A DNA stretch of 64,000 nucleotides from Methylococcales bacterium (GTDB taxonomy: Bacteria > Pseudomonadota > Gammaproteobacteria > Methylococcales > DRLZ01): contig CBDCZN010000002.1 of assembly GCA_965224565.1 (NCBI GenBank), positions 2,230,417 through 2,294,416 of the forward strand, given 5' to 3'. The notes below the pieces were generated by a model, which worked only from the letters and a program-made list of their open reading frames with translations, was not told the DNA's origin and searched no databases. Positions 48,955-60,931 of this stretch are shown here, in pieces (within the stretch, counting starts at the first letter, position 1; every line of letters begins with the position of its first letter). Made by a program: the position numbers and the translations under genes.

Positions 48955-50094
48955 TTGGAAGTTCCATTTTTTCGACACAAATTAAGTTCTGCAAATGCTG
49001 ACAGCATTGCAAATGTGTTAGATACGCCTTTTTTGACATCTGGCTCTGTCGGTCGCGCAGTTGAACAACAGCTTTGTGAATATTTCAATGTCAGCGCCGC
49101 TCTCTTAACCAATAGTTGGACCAACGGTGCTGTAGCAACACTCCTTGCTTTGGGCCTTAAACCAGGAGATGAAGTGATTGTGCCAGCAATGACTTTTATC
49201 GCTACTGCTAATGTGGTTGAATTATTAGGTGGCAAGGTGATTTTTGTTGATGTAGATCCTGTTACCTTATTGATCACGCCTGAACGTATTGAAGCAGCAA
49301 TTACCAACAAAACCCGAGTTGTTATCCCTGTTCATTTGTATGGCCAAATGTGTGATATGAAGGCTATTCAAGCTGTTGTTGCTAAACATGCCAATATTGC
49401 AATCATTGAAGATTGTGCACATTGTTTTGAAGGCCAGCGCAAAAACTATCGTCCTGGTGCTTACTCAGATGCTGCCATTTTTTCATTTTACGCCACAAAG
49501 AATATAACCTGTGGTGAGGGCGGTGCCATTATTACCCGCAATCAAGAGCTAGCAAAAAATTTGGCTAAAACGCGTCTGCATGGCATGTCTGCTGGTGCTG
49601 TCGATCGCTTTAAAAAAGGCGCTTACCGCCATTGGGATATGGACTGTCTTGGTGTAAAAGCCAATTTACCAGATTTATTAGCAGCTTTATTACCCGATCA
49701 AATTACCACCATTGAAGCCACATTAGCAGACCGCACACGTTTAGCGAATAACTATAGAAAAGCCTTTGCAGATTTACCGATTCGAGTTCAGGGGCTTGCA
49801 GAAGATGTTGTCAGTGCCGAACATATTTTTCCAATCCATGTAAAACCGGATGTGCGTGATGAAACCATCAATGTGTTAAATAGTAATGGTGTTCAAGTGG
49901 CAGTCAATTATCGGTCTGTGCCAACATTAACTTACTATCAGGAACGATACAATCATCAAGATAGTGATTTTCCAGTTAGTAGTGATTGGGGACATGGGAC
50001 ACTTAGCTTACCTTTTTATCCGGATATGCCTGATAATGAACAGCAGTATGTTATTGAAACAGTGAAGCGAGTCGTGGTCCCAATTTGCGAGTAG
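48955..50094 (+). CDS. DegT/DnrJ/EryC1/StrS family PLP-dependent sugar aminotransferase
   Basis: Family-typical motifs around the PLP lysine (FSFYATKNITCGEGG). Confidence 0.85.
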   Translation: MEVPFFRHKLSSANADSIANVLDTPFLTSGSVGRAVEQQLCEYFNVSAALLTNSWTNGAVATLLALGLKPGDEVIVPAMTFIATANVVELLGGKVIFVDVDPVTLLITPERIEAAITNKTRVVIPVHLYGQMCDMKAIQAVVAKHANIAIIEDCAHCFEGQRKNYRPGAYSDAAIFSFYATKNITCGEGGAIITRNQELAKNLAKTRLHGMSAGAVDRFKKGAYRHWDMDCLGVKANLPDLLAALLPDQITTIEATLADRTRLANNYRKAFADLPIRVQGLAEDVVSAEHIFPIHVKPDVRDETINVLNSNGVQVAVNYRSVPTLTYYQERYNHQDSDFPVSSDWGHGTLSLPFYPDMPDNEQQYVIETVKRVVVPICE

Positions 50095-51053
50095 TTTCTT
50101 TCCATCGATTTAGTTTCAGTATGCTTCCTTACCAATCTGTCTCGAGTTAACAACAATCGTTAAATAAACAATCCGTAATTATATAGCGATAATAAGTCAT
50201 TTTTCATTGAACAAGAACATTGGTAAATTCACCTAGTTTCATAGCTTGGAGAGTTTTATCTTACCTTTTTCTTCATATTACCAATCAGCAAATTGAATCA
50301 GCATCTTGATTCATAAGGATCTGGAACTGATCTTAAGGGTCAGTCCTGGATAGTCATTGCTCATTAAATGTGATTTATTTATATCAATAAATCACACATA
50401 ACCATATAAGACCTGTCATCGCATCCTTTAATTTTTCCCTATTCTGTATCACTGAACAAAACTCTGATACCGAAACACTTCTTTAACCTGTTGAATAATT
50501 ATTGTTTTTCAATCTACAAAGCATCATACGACTCAATGCCAGAATTCATTACTCAATACATCACAACTATATAATAGTCACAAATTTATGACGTTTTTAT
50601 TACAATATATTTTACACTAAGCACAACTCAATGGCAGCGAGCACAAACAATAGACAATACGAAATTGATTAAATGAATACAAACAAGGAGATATCTCTTT
50701 CGTCTCATATTAGGCACGTTTATTGCTCATATTAATTAAGGTGTAACTAAAAATAAAAGAAACTTTAGTAACCCCACACAAGATACGATGGGTTAGTCAT
50801 TATCTTTCTTGCTAGCAAGATTTCTACACTAAGCACGTCTCATATCAAGACAGCTTGCAGAATGAAACGAGTACTTGATAGAAATTTTCTGACTCTTAAT
50901 AACTGAAAAAGGATAACCGCTAGAGCAAGAAGAAGGAAATGCTTCAGTTCCTACATAAGATACTTTGATGCTGAAGTGGAATACCAAACCGAAGAACTAT
51001 ACATCATAAAATTCATAAAGGAGATTGTTACCTGCAGGTAACATAAAACAAAA

Positions 51054-52055
51054 ATGACCAGAATTTTAATTACCGGGGCCGGCGGTTATATCGGCACAAC
51101 GTTAGCTGCTCAATGTCTTGAAAAAGGTTGGGATGTAACTGCACTCGATCTGTTTTTCTTTGGCAAAGAAAGATTAGGTGATTCCTTAAAGCACCCGGGA
51201 CTAACCATTCTTAGAAAAGATATTCGTGATGTTAATACTGAAGATTTTGAAGGAATCGATGTCGTGCTGGATTTAGCTGCAATTTCTAATGATCCCGCAG
51301 GCGATCTAGTTCCTGAGCTAACTGACTCCATCAATCACCTCGGTCGAGTTCACGTTGCAAGATGCGCAAAGCAGGCCGGTGTTAAACGTTATGTTTTGGC
51401 CAGTAGTTGCTCTGTTTATGGTCAGGGCGGTGATCAAGAACTAAGTGAAACCGCACAGACAAATCCCTTAACCATCTATGCCCAAGCCAATCTTTCAGCA
51501 GAAAATAATACACTGGCTCTGGCAGATAGTGATTTTAGTGTTAGCGTTGTCCGGCAATCCACAGTTTTCGGACTATCTGGTCGTATGCGCTTTGACTTAG
51601 TCATTAACATTATGACTTTGAACGCTGTCCAGAACGGCAAGTTATTCGTAAATGGCGGTCAACAGTGGCGTCCTTTGGTGCACGTTGCCGATACTGCTCG
51701 TGCAATCGGGATGATTGCGCAGTCACCTGTCGAAAAAGTAAATGGTGAAATCTTTAATGTTGGATGCAGCAACATGCAAATAATAGACATCGCTCATCTG
51801 ATTCAAGAAGCTATGCCGATGGATATTGATTTGCAAGTATCTCCAAACGATATGGATCAACGAGATTACCGAGTATCTTTTGACAAAATCAACAGTGTTC
51901 TGGGTTTTCAAGCAAACCATACCATCGAAGATGGCGTAAAAGAAATTTGCAAAAACTTGCAATCTGGTGATTTAAAAGCGGAACCATGGACTTATACTGT
52001 TAGCTGGTATAAAAGCCTGATAGAAGAAAAAAAATATGAAGCAATCTGCGCCTAA
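51054..52055 (+). CDS. NAD-dependent epimerase/dehydratase (SDR superfamily)
   Basis: ILITGAGGYIG Rossmann motif and a YxxxK catalytic region. Confidence 0.85.
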   Translation: MTRILITGAGGYIGTTLAAQCLEKGWDVTALDLFFFGKERLGDSLKHPGLTILRKDIRDVNTEDFEGIDVVLDLAAISNDPAGDLVPELTDSINHLGRVHVARCAKQAGVKRYVLASSCSVYGQGGDQELSETAQTNPLTIYAQANLSAENNTLALADSDFSVSVVRQSTVFGLSGRMRFDLVINIMTLNAVQNGKLFVNGGQQWRPLVHVADTARAIGMIAQSPVEKVNGEIFNVGCSNMQIIDIAHLIQEAMPMDIDLQVSPNDMDQRDYRVSFDKINSVLGFQANHTIEDGVKEICKNLQSGDLKAEPWTYTVSWYKSLIEEKKYEAICA

Positions 52056-52132
52056 AGTGCTTAATCTTACTCAGAATAGTGTTGACTTATGAACCCAGAT
52101 TTAATTATAAAATCTAAGGCTTAACGGGTCAT

Positions 52133-52780
52133 ATGTTCAAAAGATTTCTCGATATAGCCTTAGCGGGGATAGCCTTATTACTGTTATCTCCTCTTCTATT
52201 GCTAGTTGCATTAGGTATTAAAGCATCCAGTCCTGGCCCCATCTTTTATATGGCAAACCGTGTCGGGCTGAATCGAAAAGTGTTCAGGATGTACAAATTC
52301 CGCAGCATGCATATTGAGAGTGATTATCATAGTGCGGTGACTGCACCTGGCGATCCTCGAATTTTCTCGCTGGGAAAGTGGCTGCGAGATTTAAAAATTG
52401 ATGAACTGCCTCAACTGGCAAATATTCTTCAAGGTGATATGTCGATTATTGGTCCAAGGCCGGAAGATCCAGATATTGTTGAGCGTGCTTATACGGAAGA
52501 CTGGCTGCGAACCTTAGACGTCAAGCCTGGCTTATCCAGTCCAGGGACACTTTATTATTTCACTCAATCGGAGCAACAATTATCTCCCGGCGCAGATGTT
52601 GATGAACATTATATCAATCAATTGCTGCCCTCGCGAATGCGCCAGGATTTACATTATATTGACCACCACACGCTATTGGATGATTTTAAAATTATCTTGC
52701 AAACTATCTGGGTGATTGTTTATTTTGGCTTGGGAAAAAAGTTATTAGCACTGTCAACTGAATCGACATCCACAAAGTAA
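52133..52780 (+). CDS. Polyprenyl-phosphate sugar-1-phosphate transferase (PglC/WbaP C-terminal-type small sugar transferase)
   Basis: A single N-terminal TM helix, then KFRSM...DELPQL..GDMSIIGPRP. Confidence 0.8.
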   Translation: MFKRFLDIALAGIALLLLSPLLLLVALGIKASSPGPIFYMANRVGLNRKVFRMYKFRSMHIESDYHSAVTAPGDPRIFSLGKWLRDLKIDELPQLANILQGDMSIIGPRPEDPDIVERAYTEDWLRTLDVKPGLSSPGTLYYFTQSEQQLSPGADVDEHYINQLLPSRMRQDLHYIDHHTLLDDFKIILQTIWVIVYFGLGKKLLALSTESTSTK

Positions 52781-53337
52781 GAAGCTGTTTGGTTAAAAAA
52801 TGTCCAAGCGAAAAGTTCTTGAATCGATTGGATTTTTTCGATGGTTCGAGGCGAATAGTTGCGCTATTTAACGAGGAGCAGCGGAAAAATACAACGATTT
52901 CAAGGGCTTTGCAGCGGACATTTTCAACCCAACAGCTTCTAAAATATCTAGTAGCTAAACAGCGTAATCGGCAATCTGTGTTGTTACTAATTAAACATCT
53001 GTAGATTTCTTATATCATTCAGAATTGTTCGCAATCGATGTAGGGGAACTATTTTCCCCATAAATCCAATCCCATTGATAATCACCACGGCAATCGATAG
53101 ACAAAAAATTCATCTTTAAATATCGACGGGTTCAAATCGTCGAATAAACCGAAATGTTCGCAAACAACTCTTAGAAATAGTCTGATCATAAACAAGTCGA
53201 CTGAAAAGCCCGTGACATGATCAATAGCTATTTCTGATACATTTCACTAATCCAATGGGCTACACAAACATTGGTCTGTTTCATATCGAATAATACCAAT
53301 CCCAATAAGTTCTTGAATAAATTTACTCATATATGGT

Positions 53338-54736
53338 CTCCTCCATTTTTGCAAGTAACACTGTTAACAAAGTGACAGGGATAGATTTGCTCTCATATAT
53401 CCGGCTTCCTGTTGGAATTGTTTGGATTCCGAGCCTTGATGAAATCTGCGCATGCCGTCCTCATCATCCTATCGGACTGGTTATCGTCCTATGTGCTAAA
53501 CAGGTTTTCAGCATGCCGGTCTTACCTATAATGTCATCATGTCATTCATGTCTTTCGCAAAATCGTGGATTACTCGGTTGAGACGTTTACTCTGATGATG
53601 AGTCGCCGTCCGTTGTTCTATTAAAGCGCATAATTCTCCGTGTAGGGTTTGCCGCTGGTGGTCACCGCCCAGGCAATTCTTGCCAGCTTATTTGCAAGTG
53701 CCACTGTTGCCTTGTTTTTGCCACGTCGCTCGACTAATCGCGTCACCCAGCGACTCAATGCGTCGTCTTTCTTGTGCGCATGGATCACTACGGATCGCGC
53801 ACCATGCACTAATAAGCTGCGTAGATATTTATCACCGCGCTTGCTAATCCCAAGCAATGTGTTCTTTCCGCCGCTGCTGTGTTGGCGTGGAACCAGCCCA
53901 AGGGATGCAGCAACATCTCGACCATTGACAAACGCACGTCCATCACCAATGACGCTAAAATAAGTGCTGGATACAATGACTCCAAAGCCTGGTATGCTTT
54001 GCAGACGTTTGATTTCAGCATGTTGCTTCGCATCCGTTTCAATGACGCTGGTTAAGTCTTTCACCAGCTGATCCAGCTCACAGAGTTGCTGGTATTTCAG
54101 TGCCAATGCGTTGCGAAACAGCGGGTGCAAATGGTTCTCCCCATCTTCCAGTATCTCTGGCAGGCGTTTGCGTAAGGTGGCAATGCCTTGATTCAATACA
54201 ATGCCAAATTCACTCAGCAGTCCACGCACTTGATTACTTAGCCCAGTTCTGTCGGCAACAGCGCGTTGGCGTAAACGATGCAGCGCCTGGATGCTTTGTT
54301 GCTCGATGGTTTTCACTGCCACATCGCGCATTTCCGGGACACGACTTGCTTCTGCAATGGCAAGCGCATCATTGTAGTCATTTTTGTTACCCCGCACATA
54401 AGGTTTAACATGCTGTGCTGGGAGTAATCTGACCTGATGGCCGAATTTGCTCAGTTCTCGTGCCCAATAATGCGCGCCTGCACAGCCTTCCATGCTGATT
54501 TTACAGGGTGTGAGGTTCGCAAAGTAAGCAAGTAGTTTACTGCGGCTTAGTTTTTTCTTAAGTACTTGCTTTCCGGTGTGATCCAGGCCAACAAGATGAA
54601 AGGTTTGTTTTGCTATATCCAGTCCGATTACGTTAATATTCATGGTGGTCTCCTGCTTCGTTTAATTGAGATATTTTGATCGTCAATTATGGCACTTTGA
54701 TGCCGAATTAGGGGGAGGAGACCATCTCATCATCCT
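53338..54736 (-). mobile_element. IS110 family insertion sequence copy A (~1.4 kb) with intact transposase (53621..54643)
   Basis: The transposase begins MNINVIGLDIAKQTFHLVG (DEDD family). The ends ggtctcctcc / ggaggagacc are shared with copy B; flanking DNA diverges at 53337/54737. Confidence 0.8.
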
Positions 54737-54908
54737 AAGCCCTTCTTTATCAAATAAGCATTGTATGAGAACTTATTGGGATTGGTATAATAACATTGAA
54801 TAACTACAATTTACTTTATAATACATCACCTCCAGTTTTTATTAATAACGACTGTGACACATGCTGGATAATAGAATAAAAAGTAGTAACTATAAAAAAA
54901 CATGAAAG

Positions 54909-56102
54909 ATGAAAACAAGTGACTTTTTAATTATCGGTGCTGGAATCATAGGCTTTGCAGTTGCACGATCACTGTTAAAACGTCATCCAGGATGTTCTAT
55001 TCAAATACTGGAAAAAGAATCTTCTGCAGGATTTCATGCCAGTGGACGTAACAGTGGTGTTTTACACGCTGGTTTTTATTATTCTGAAGACAGCCTAAAG
55101 GCCCGTTTCACACGAGACGGCAATCAGAGTATGCGAGAGTTCTGTAGTGAACAAAAGCTGCCTATCAATAATTGTGGCAAGCTAGTAGTCGCTATTAATG
55201 AAGATGAAGTTGCTGGACTTGAGGAATTATTTCGCCGTGCGAATGTTAATAATATTGATACCAGCCTAATCACAGTAGATGAAGCCAGAGAACTAGAACC
55301 AAGGATTCGTACTGTCGAAAAAGCATTATGGTCGCCTACGACTTCGTCGGTAAATCCTCGAGACATCATGCAAGCACTTGAACAAGAGTTGATAGCAGCG
55401 GGCGTAAAAATTGATAAAGGTGTTTCCTATCATTCCTGCAATGGAGCGTCAGTGGAAACCAGCAATGGAAGCTATTCGATAGGACATTTAATTAACGCTG
55501 CAGGCCTCTACGCGGATCGTATTGCACACGGCATGGACTTCGGCGAACAATATCGTGTCGCTCCGTTTAAAGGTTTGTATCTCTATGCCAACGACAAAAT
55601 CGGCACTTTCAAACGCCACATTTACCCGGTACCAAATTTGAACAATCCTTTTCTCGGGGTGCATTACACATTAACTGTGGATTTTGGAATGAAAATCGGT
55701 CCGACAGCAATCCCAGCGTTTTGGCGCGAACAGTATAGTGGAATGGACGGCTTTAACCTACAAGAACTAAGCGAATCGGTTCTCAATAATGCTGCATTGT
55801 TTATCCAGGATCCGAATGGTTATCGCAAGTTAGCTACCCAGGAAGTGAGAAAATATTTCAAAACAACGATGGTCGCTGATGCTGCCCAAATGGCAACCAA
55901 TGTTGATGCCTCAATGTTTTCCGAATGGGGCTCGCCGGGTATTCGAGCGCAGTTGTTGAATATAAAGGAACGGACACTCGTCAATGATTTTCTTGTTGAA
56001 GGCGATGTAAAGTCTACGCATATTCTCAATGCTGTTTCTCCGGCATTCACCTGCGCCTTTCCATTTGCTGATTATGTCGTAGACAACATTCCTGGCAGCT
56101 AG
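54909..56102 (+). CDS. lhgO: L-2-hydroxyglutarate oxidase LhgO-like FAD oxidoreductase
   Basis: FAD motif IIGAGIIG and ..GRNSGVLHAGFYY. Confidence 0.75.
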   Translation: MKTSDFLIIGAGIIGFAVARSLLKRHPGCSIQILEKESSAGFHASGRNSGVLHAGFYYSEDSLKARFTRDGNQSMREFCSEQKLPINNCGKLVVAINEDEVAGLEELFRRANVNNIDTSLITVDEARELEPRIRTVEKALWSPTTSSVNPRDIMQALEQELIAAGVKIDKGVSYHSCNGASVETSNGSYSIGHLINAAGLYADRIAHGMDFGEQYRVAPFKGLYLYANDKIGTFKRHIYPVPNLNNPFLGVHYTLTVDFGMKIGPTAIPAFWREQYSGMDGFNLQELSESVLNNAALFIQDPNGYRKLATQEVRKYFKTTMVADAAQMATNVDASMFSEWGSPGIRAQLLNIKERTLVNDFLVEGDVKSTHILNAVSPAFTCAFPFADYVVDNIPGS

Positions 56103-56146
56103 ATAGCATTGCTTACCAGTTGATGAGACTGCGAGCCAGACAACAA

Positions 56147-56701
56147 TCATAAGCAGCTAGCAAGTGCTTCTACCAGTTGCTTTACTCCGAGCTTTCTCGC
56201 GTTCTCGATATTTCTCTGTGGAATATTATGAGCATCTGGATAATCTGCGATTGCTTGTTCTAAACTGGTCTCTCTCAACAAATGCAGCATTGGGTATGGT
56301 GAGCGATTTGTGTAATTGGCGGGATCATCCATATCTGTATCTGTAAATTGGTATTGCGGATGAAAACTCGCTAATTGATAAACACCTTCATAACCTTGGG
56401 CAACCAGTAAATCTTCGGCTAGTGCCAACAATTCAAGAAAATACTCAAAATCAGTATAGCCTTGTGGATAGATAATTAATGTTGTTTCAATCCTGTTTGA
56501 GTTATCGAGTTTTTGGCATTCAGCAATCAACGCTTGCAGACATGCTTCTAATTGGTGATCAGTTACTACTTGATAGTAAATAGTCTGCGCTTCAAACACT
56601 TTGTTTGCAAACGGACAAAACTGATAACCGATAACCACTGTTTTCACCCATTCTCGTGTTTGGGCAATCATGCGTTCAGCTGATAGTGTTGAGTGTTGCA
56701 T
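56147..56701 (-). CDS. DUF1415-like conserved protein
   Basis: 184 aa with a CPF motif near the N-terminus; family assignment is by similarity of overall pattern. Confidence 0.45.
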   Translation of the reverse strand: MQHSTLSAERMIAQTREWVKTVVIGYQFCPFANKVFEAQTIYYQVVTDHQLEACLQALIAECQKLDNSNRIETTLIIYPQGYTDFEYFLELLALAEDLLVAQGYEGVYQLASFHPQYQFTDTDMDDPANYTNRSPYPMLHLLRETSLEQAIADYPDAHNIPQRNIENARKLGVKQLVEALASCL

Positions 56702-56709
56702 ATCAGCGA

Positions 56710-58068
56710 TTACAGCAATTCAAGTGCATCGCTGAGCGTTTTGACTTGATGAATATCCAATCCAGGAATACCTTTTTTTGGAGCATTACTGGCAGGAACG
56801 ATGGCCTGTTTATAACCGTGTTTAACCGCTTCTCGCAAACGTTCTTCACCATTGGGAACTGGACGCACCTCCCCTGCCAGACCAATTTCCCCAAACAATA
56901 TCCAGTCATTAGGCACTGGTCTATCTCGAAAACTGGATAATAATGATGCCAGCACTGGCAGGTCGCCTGCGGTTTCTGTCAGTCGCATGCCGCCAACGAT
57001 ATTAACGAACACATCTTGATCGGCAATTGAAATACCACCGTGACGGTGTAATACAGCCAGTAACATCGACAATCGATTTTGCTCGATACCCAGCGTTACT
57101 CGTTTGGATTGACCTCCATAACTGGTATCCACCAAAGTTTGTACTTCGACTAGCAATGGGCGACTGCCTTCTCTGGTCACCATCACTACACTACCTGAAA
57201 CAGCTTTATCGTGTCGTGACAGAAAAATAGCCGATGGATTGTGAACTTCTTTGAGTCCCAATTCAGTCATCACGAATACTCCCAGCTCGTTGACTGCACC
57301 AAAGCGATTTTTGATGGCACGCACAACCCGAAAACGGCTACCTGCGTCGCCTTCAAAATACAACACTGTATCGACCATGTGCTCTAATACACGTGGGCCA
57401 GCAATCGCTCCTTCTTTGGTGACATGACCGACCAGAAACACAGATGTCTGGCTGAGTTTTGCAAAACGTACTAATTGCGCAGCACACTCGCGTACTTGCG
57501 ACACTGAACCGGATGCCGATTGCATGGTTTCGCTATATACAGTTTGGATGGAGTCAATCACCAACACAGAGGGTTGATGTTTGGCTGCTTGTTGCAATAT
57601 TTTTTCCAGAGAAGTTTCTGCAAGTATGTCGATATGGTCAACTTTGAGTTTAAGACGCTGGGCACGCATACTGACTTGCTCAATTGACTCTTCGCCAGTG
57701 ACGTACAACGGCCTTGCGCCTGACCCAAGCATTGCCATGCCTTGTAATAACAGTGTGGATTTACCAATTCCAGGATCACCACCAATCAGAATTGCAGAAC
57801 CAGAGACCAGACCGCCCCCCAGCACCCGATCAAATTCACTCAGTCCGGTCGGGCTGCGTTCAATATGTTCTGCACTGACTGCTGCCAAGGAAACAATTGG
57901 TGAATCAACAGCAACACCTGCAAAGCCGCTATAACGGCCTTTACCCTGGGATATCTGAGCAACTTCTTGTAATGTATTCCATACTCCACAACCTGCGCAC
58001 TGCCCTGCCCACTTGGTTTGACCGTGACCACAGTCAGTGCATTGATAGTTGATTTTTTGTTTACTCAT
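56710..58068 (-). CDS. radA: DNA repair protein RadA (Sms)
   Basis: N-terminal C4 zinc finger (CTDCGHGQTKWAGQCAGCGVW), RecA-like Walker A GDPGIGKSTL, a KNRFG motif and a Lon-like C-terminal domain. Confidence 0.9.
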   Translation of the reverse strand: MSKQKINYQCTDCGHGQTKWAGQCAGCGVWNTLQEVAQISQGKGRYSGFAGVAVDSPIVSLAAVSAEHIERSPTGLSEFDRVLGGGLVSGSAILIGGDPGIGKSTLLLQGMAMLGSGARPLYVTGEESIEQVSMRAQRLKLKVDHIDILAETSLEKILQQAAKHQPSVLVIDSIQTVYSETMQSASGSVSQVRECAAQLVRFAKLSQTSVFLVGHVTKEGAIAGPRVLEHMVDTVLYFEGDAGSRFRVVRAIKNRFGAVNELGVFVMTELGLKEVHNPSAIFLSRHDKAVSGSVVMVTREGSRPLLVEVQTLVDTSYGGQSKRVTLGIEQNRLSMLLAVLHRHGGISIADQDVFVNIVGGMRLTETAGDLPVLASLLSSFRDRPVPNDWILFGEIGLAGEVRPVPNGEERLREAVKHGYKQAIVPASNAPKKGIPGLDIHQVKTLSDALELL

Positions 58069-58360
58069 GCATATTCGAGATAAGTGTTGTGATTATCCAG
58101 GAGGCTGTCCGAAAATAGAGAACCTACTGAGGGAAAGCCCTTTTTGGCCAGATTTTCCAATCATTTTCGTTAACATAGACCCACTATTCGCCTCGAACGA
58201 TCGAAAAATCCGACTCAAAATAGGTTTCCCTCGCTACGGCTTCTATTCTCGGATAGCCTCCTAGCATCAGTTCGTTTGTAACCGTTCAGGCTCCCTAATA
58301 AATACTCTGGTTCCTACAAAGACCGTCACTACCATTAAGTTTAAGTTAAGGGGAAAATAT

Positions 58361-59769
58361 AGGATGATGAGATGGTCTCCTCCCCCTAATTCGGCATCAA
58401 AGTGCCATAATTGACGATCAAAATATCTCAATTAAACGAAGCAGGAGACCACCATGAATATTAACGTAATCGGACTGGATATAGCAAAACAAACCTTTCA
58501 TCTTGTTGGCCTGGATCACACCGGAAAGCAAGTACTTAAGAAAAAACTAAGCCGCAGTAAACTACTTGCTTACTTTGCGAACCTCACACCCTGTAAAATC
58601 AGCATGGAAGGCTGTGCAGGCGCGCATTATTGGGCACGAGAACTGAGCAAATTCGGCCATCAGGTCAGATTACTCCCAGCACAGCATGTTAAACCTTATG
58701 TGCGGGGTAACAAAAATGACTACAATGATGCGCTTGCCATTGCAGAAGCAAGTCGTGTCCCGGAAATGCGCGATGTGGCAGTGAAAACCATCGAGCAACA
58801 AGCATCCAGGCGCTGCATCGTTTACGCCAACGCGCTGTTGCCGACAGAACTGGGCTAAGTAATCAAGTGCGTGGACTGCTGAGTGAATTTGGCATTGTAT
58901 TGAATCAAGGCATTGCCACCTTACGCAAACGCCTGCCAGAGATACTGGACAGATGGGGAGAACCATTTGCACCCGCTGTTTCGCAACGCATTGGCACTGA
59001 AATACCAGCAACTCTGTGAGCTGGATCAGCTGGTGAAAGACTTAACCAGCGTCATTGAAACGGATGCGAAGCAACATGCTGAAATCAAACGTCTGCAAAG
59101 CATACCAGGCTTTGGAGTCATTGTATCCAGCACTTATTTTAGCGTCATTGGTGATGGACGTGCGTTTGTCAATGGTCGAGATGTTGCTGCATCCCTTGGG
59201 CTGGTTCCACGCCAACACAGCAGCGGCGGAAAGAACACATTGCTTGGGATTAGCAAGCGCGGTGATAAATATCTACGCAGCTTATTAGTGCATGGTGCGC
59301 GATCCGTAGTGATCCATGCGCACAAGAAAGACGACGCATTGAGTCGCTGGGTGACGCGATTAGTCGAGCGACGTGGCAAAAACAAGGCAACAGTGGCACT
59401 TGCAAATAAGCTGGCAAGAATTGCCTGGGCGGTGACCACCAGCGGCAAACCCTACACGGAGAATTATGCGCTTTAATAGAACAACGGACGGCGACTCATC
59501 ATCAGAGTAAACGTCTCAACCGAGTAATCCACGATTTTGCGAAAGACATGAATGACATGATGACATTATAGGTAAGACCGGCATGCTGAAAACCTGTTTA
59601 GCACATAGGACGATAACCAGTCCGATAGGATGATGAGGACGGCATGCGCAGATTTCATCAAGGCTCGGAATCCAAACAATTCCAACAGGAAGCCGGATAT
59701 ATGAGAGCAAATCTATCCCTGTCACTTTGTTAACAGTGTTACTTGCAAAAATGGAGGAGACCATATATG
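58361..59769 (+). pseudogene. IS110 family element copy B, inverted relative to copy A; transposase frameshifted (ORFs 58454..58858 + 58913..59476)
   Basis: About 99% identical to copy A, with a 1-bp deletion (caacaagcatcc vs caacaaagcatcc) and a small indel near 58940. Confidence 0.8.
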
Positions 59770-60268
59770 CGCTAAGGCACGAAGTGCATCTTTCGCGATT
59801 GATGCGCTTCCTATGGTCACACATCCTATATCTGATCTACGTGAGGGTACCGAAAAAGGTGAGTTTGTTGGGACTGAGCTTTTTCAAGAAAAAAGTGCAA
59901 GAATGACAAAACTGCGTGTTAAGAAATTGGCACATGGTGACCACAGAAAATACGAAATCTATAAGGAAGATAGGTGACATGTTAGATCAAGCACTCTGAC
60001 TCCTAGATCGATGAAGACAATCGATTGAGGTGGAAAGAGATGGAGACGCTACGCGTATTGAGATTGAAGCGCTCAAACGGTGCGCGCCTAGCAGCGACTG
60101 ACAAGGAAACAATATCTTATCCCGGTTGTTTTGGCAACAATGCTGATATACACGGCAGAATAGAGTAATAATTATTGACACCGACCAGCTGATGGGTGAC
60201 CCCTAGATCCTTTATTTGTTTTACTTCAATTTTTGTAGTCCCGTGCCTCTGTTCTTTATTTAAAATAG

Positions 60269-60931
60269 CTATCCTGGAGGTTCAGTTTTATCTTTGTTCA
60301 AAGAATGCACTTTGAATCTACAACTATGTCCACCTCTTGCCAAACAAAATGTATGTTCAATTTTACTATCAAGGAGGGTAGAGAGTAATGACAAGTCCAT
60401 TTCACAAACTTCTGGATTGTTATAAGCCAGATCATAAAAGACACAATTATAAGCATCGATTATTAAATTCTCTCCTGGCTCGCCTTCCACTATCTCAGTT
60501 TCATAACCCAGTTCCTTCATAATGGCGGCAGTCATTTTGATTCTTTCTTCTATAGGTTTATTTTTCAGCACATCTTTTCTAGATTCTGCAAGCGAAACAC
60601 CTAATTCTCTGAGATACTCAACCATCTCCTCAGAACCTAATTTCTGTTTGATCAAAGTAATTAGCATTTTTGCAAAAAGGCTATAGTGTTTGGGGAAAAC
60701 ATGCTCCCCTTTTTCCGTTAATACAAAAATAGTTCCGGGTCTTCCGCCTGTTTGCATAGAGGTGGATTTTCTAACAAAGCCATCTCTTTCTAACACGGTT
60801 AAATGCCGGTGAATTGCACTTCTTGAAATCCCCAGAAGTTTGGAAAACTGATCAACAGTCATTCCCTTTTTTTCTTTCACCAAAAATTGCAGTATCTTCT
60901 GCTGTTTTTCACTGAATCCAACAATGTCCAT
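60269..60931 (-). CDS. HTH-type transcriptional regulator with C-terminal Cys-rich sensor-like domain (possible metal/copper-responsive regulator)
   Basis: N-terminal winged HTH (MTVDQFSKLLGISRSAIHRHLTVLERDGFV) and C-terminal cysteines (CEMD...FCLARGGHSC). It is divergent from the MCO pseudogene and lies in AT-rich DNA. Confidence 0.45.
   Translation of the reverse strand: MDIVGFSEKQQKILQFLVKEKKGMTVDQFSKLLGISRSAIHRHLTVLERDGFVRKSTSMQTGGRPGTIFVLTEKGEHVFPKHYSLFAKMLITLIKQKLGSEEMVEYLRELGVSLAESRKDVLKNKPIEERIKMTAAIMKELGYETEIVEGEPGENLIIDAYNCVFYDLAYNNPEVCEMDLSLLSTLLDSKIEHTFCLARGGHSCRFKVHSLNKDKTEPPG

Noticed and set aside
52789-53335. ORF 52789..53004 and a 27-codon ORF abutting IS110 copy A
   Set aside because: No recognisable domains, and frames are incoherent across the region. 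Probably remnant or non-coding sequence next to the IS insertion.
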